A stretch of DNA of 64,000 bases from Azolla caroliniana (taxonomy: Eukaryota; Plantae; Polypodiophyta), in NCBI GenBank assembly GCA_043228905.1, contig JBHGNT010000014.1:10602001-10666000 (forward strand). The letters are read 5' to 3'. A program made the translations under genes and the position numbers. This document shows, piece by piece, positions 61,201-64,000 of the stretch; positions within the stretch are counted from its first letter, which is position 1, and each line of letters begins with the position of its first letter. The notes under the pieces are model-generated. The model did no database searches and was not told the DNA's origin. It saw only the letters and a program-made list of their open reading frames with translations.

Positions 61201-62550
61201 ACCACATAAAGGAAAGGAATAACCTATGAATGGATTTTCCAATTACTTCTGTCTAAATAGAACATGTACCCTTATGCAGTGGATTCATGAACATTCATAA
61301 CACCCAAATGTTTTGTAAAACCATGTCCAAAGGGGGCTACATAATCAAGTATCGAAAAACCACCATTTCCAATATCCTCTGACATCCCACACGTTCTTAT
61401 CATGACCGCATTATCTAGTTTTTGTGAATGTAACGTTCTTTTTGAAGCATACCCATCATTTGTTTGGATGGTACCACCGCTTTTCTCCCTTGTCTCACTA
61501 GTGGGTATTGTCTATTCTTGCATATCAGCTTAGGGGTGAGGCATGTCTCTTGAGTAGGCATCATACGTGACTTGCACCAAGGATTAGCCTTTACATTCAT
61601 TTATCGATCTTATCCTATTTCCCCTTGGCCCCTTACACCCATACAATCTGAGGCTAATTTCTCCTGGCAATTATCTACCTCATGCCCATCTTGTTTACAA
61701 TATTGGCAATGAAGTATTTTTTACCCCAATTTAGCATTTCTCCTTGGACAATTCTTGACTAAATGTCCCATTTGCCTACAATAGAAACATTGTCCGGGGA
61801 GTTTGGCAAACACCACCTTCTGTTCGATAAAATCTCCGGCATTATCTTTATAGGTAAGTTCTTGATTGATCCAACCATGATTTGGGCCGACAGGAATCCT
61901 GACATTTTAGTTATTCTCGTTGCCAAACTTTCTTGGACCTTCACCACTATTCTGATCCTCGAGCTATCGCTCCAAGCATCAGCAAATACTCCTTACGTAA
62001 TCACGGGAAGACAATCATTAGTGGAAATATCTTATCTCCTTTCTGCATTGCGTCCACAGGATTAAAGCCTTGTTTCCAAGGCATCACAAATGCATGGGCA
62101 CACCTTACATCAAGCGGACTATGCTCCAACATCATGCCTACTGATTCGAGCATATCCAATTCCATATGATAAAATCCTCTTCCCATAAATTGAACATCCC
62201 TTATCATACCAATTAATCCCTGCAAAGAGGCTTGTAAGAGATCTTTGCACTCACCTTTGTTCGGCCGAGCTCCCACCACTCTATAGATCAGGGAGAGTTG
62301 GGTTAGACGATAAACCTCCAACCTTAATTTAGCCTCCTCTTCGAGCGAGAATACAATCGACAAAGGCCACTCCCCTGTTGTGTCATTGACGTGGTTCTCT
62401 GTGGTGCACTCTCTCTTCCTTGTTCTTCCATCCTTTGTTACGTGGCAGGTTTGTTTCTCTCTTTTCCCTGCAACCTTAATCGTTAAAATACCGCATATAA
62501 GATTACATGAAATATTTATCCACTATTATGAAATGTCATCACATCACACA

Positions 62551-63963
62551 TGTTAATGCATAATCACTCAGTGCCATGCTTGAAGGAATGGTAAATGGCG
62601 AGCATGCATGCCAAGTGAACGTGCATGTGTCTTGATGAGGATACTACCGGCCACAACTGGTTGATACACGTGTGTACGCGGGTGTAAAGATCGAAATGAC
62701 AGAAAACAGAAGATGGAAATGAAACTATAGAGACACAAGTATTTTTAACATGGAAACCCCTGATAGGGAAAAACCACATGAGTCCACAAACTCCAAGAAT
62801 TCAATGTATGAGAAAAGTTATACAACAAGAAGCTACAAGACAATGACCTTGAGTTCTTCTTCCTCAAACCAACGGATATAGAGGAGTTACACTCTCTCCC
62901 TCTCACTATCTTCTCACACTGTGATCCATTGTTACAACAACTAAGTGTATTTATAATTTATACTTATACATTGTATGGGCTATTTACAAATGTGGCTTGT
63001 AGTCAGGGTATCAAAAACATATTTATAGATATGTCCTCTTCCGGATTCATCTATGGATCCGACTGGATGCCTTTCAGCCGATCTGTCTCCGGATCCGGTC
63101 TCTCATCTAAATCCATCTGAACCAACTCATGCTCTTCCCATCTGGAGGGACTTGTTTCCTAACAAACTCCCCCTTCATTCCGGTATGGGGTGCTTCGTCA
63201 GTCTAACCCTTTGCCAGCATGCATTCAGCTTCTCTGTCGACAACACCTTCGTCAACATATCCGATCCGTTTTCCTCTGTGTGGATCTTCAAAAGAGAAAA
63301 CTCATTTTCTTCTACCTTCTCCTAGAGCCAGTGGTATCTCCTCTGGATAAGCTTAGTCCTCAAGTGGTAGGCGGCATTCTTCGCAAGGTGGCCGGCACTT
63401 TGGTTGTCACAATAGAGTCGGAATTCCTTCTACCACATCCCCAACTCTTCGATGAACTCCTACAATAGCCATGTACAATAGCCATGTACTCGGCTTCTAC
63501 AATAGCCATGTACTTGGCTTCTGTGGTTGACAACGACACGGCCTTCTACAGCCTCGACTGCCACGAGACGACTCCCCAGGCATAATTCATTACGTATCTG
63601 AATGTGAACAGGTTGGTATCCACGTCAGCTGACATGTTTGAATCAATAAAAACCTTCTAATATAGGGTCACCTGAGCCAAATCAGAGGCACACGCTCGAC
63701 GTGCCTTTCAGGTACCCGAGTATCCACTTGTCTACAGCCTAATGCACTCTGCTCGGATTGCTCACAAACCCGCTGGCAGCTTCGATCGCGTCTCTAATGT
63801 ACGGCCTAATATATACCATCGCGTACATCAGGCTTCATCATCTCAGACTTCTCCATCTTCGTCTTCAAACATTGTCTCCCAGATAGATTCTTGTTAGTTG
63901 GTAGTGTCAAGCTGACAGGCTTTGTGCTTTCCATGTTGAACCTCTGGATCCCCTTTGTCACAT
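62551..63963 (-). mobile_element. Copia 3' part (RT/RH, PPT, 3' LTR ~62551-63164), related to Copia-2
   Basis: On minus: RH end ...KHPIPE*, PPT GAAGGGGGAG, LTR TGTTAGG..GTCCCTCCAGATGGG. Confidence 0.82.
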
Positions 63964-64000
63964 TGTCATGATGTGGCCTGCTCGAGAGTGGGAAAAACTG
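63964..64000. mobile_element. Possible start of another LTR insertion
   Basis: Copia RT similarity stops at TGTCATGA, the same terminus as the chromovirus LTR; only 37 bp visible. Confidence 0.3.

Larger units (their letters stand above)
55657..62460 (-). mobile_element. L1-clade LINE, degenerate (ORF1 DUF4283-like, ORF2 EN-RT), with two solo-LTR insertions
   Basis: ORF1 VQFMGRGFY (62001-62363); EN SRLDRFYV (60006-60257); RT WRPITLLNTSYKIFAK and LLDFEKAY (58690-59749). Confidence 0.85.

Overview
Plant genomic DNA, probably from a non-seed plant such as a fern or lycophyte (inferred from the TE lineages). Positions 1-5200 hold the 5' part of a spliced minus-strand host gene resembling the At3g49490 family. 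The remaining ~57 kb is a nest of retroelements: two near-identical Tcn1-like chromoviruses (7144-12940 on -, 41662-47446 on +, the second apparently intact), several Copia elements, three Athila/Tat-like Gypsy elements with an extra 3' ORF, a tRNA-Trp-primed Gypsy family with 4-bp TSDs, an L1 LINE and an RTEX-like LINE fragment. Main observations: (1) the Athila-like family has no polypurine tract; the 3' half of a tRNA-Arg ending in CCA lies 2 nt before the 3' LTR in all three copies, suggesting tRNA-primed plus-strand synthesis. (2) The chromoviruses have a Tf1-like self-priming PBS, heat-shock elements and an antisense tRNA-like A/B-box cassette in U3. (3) The TGTCG...CGACA family inserted at CCG(G/T) in all four visible cases. 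Coordinates were read by eye and no database searches were run.
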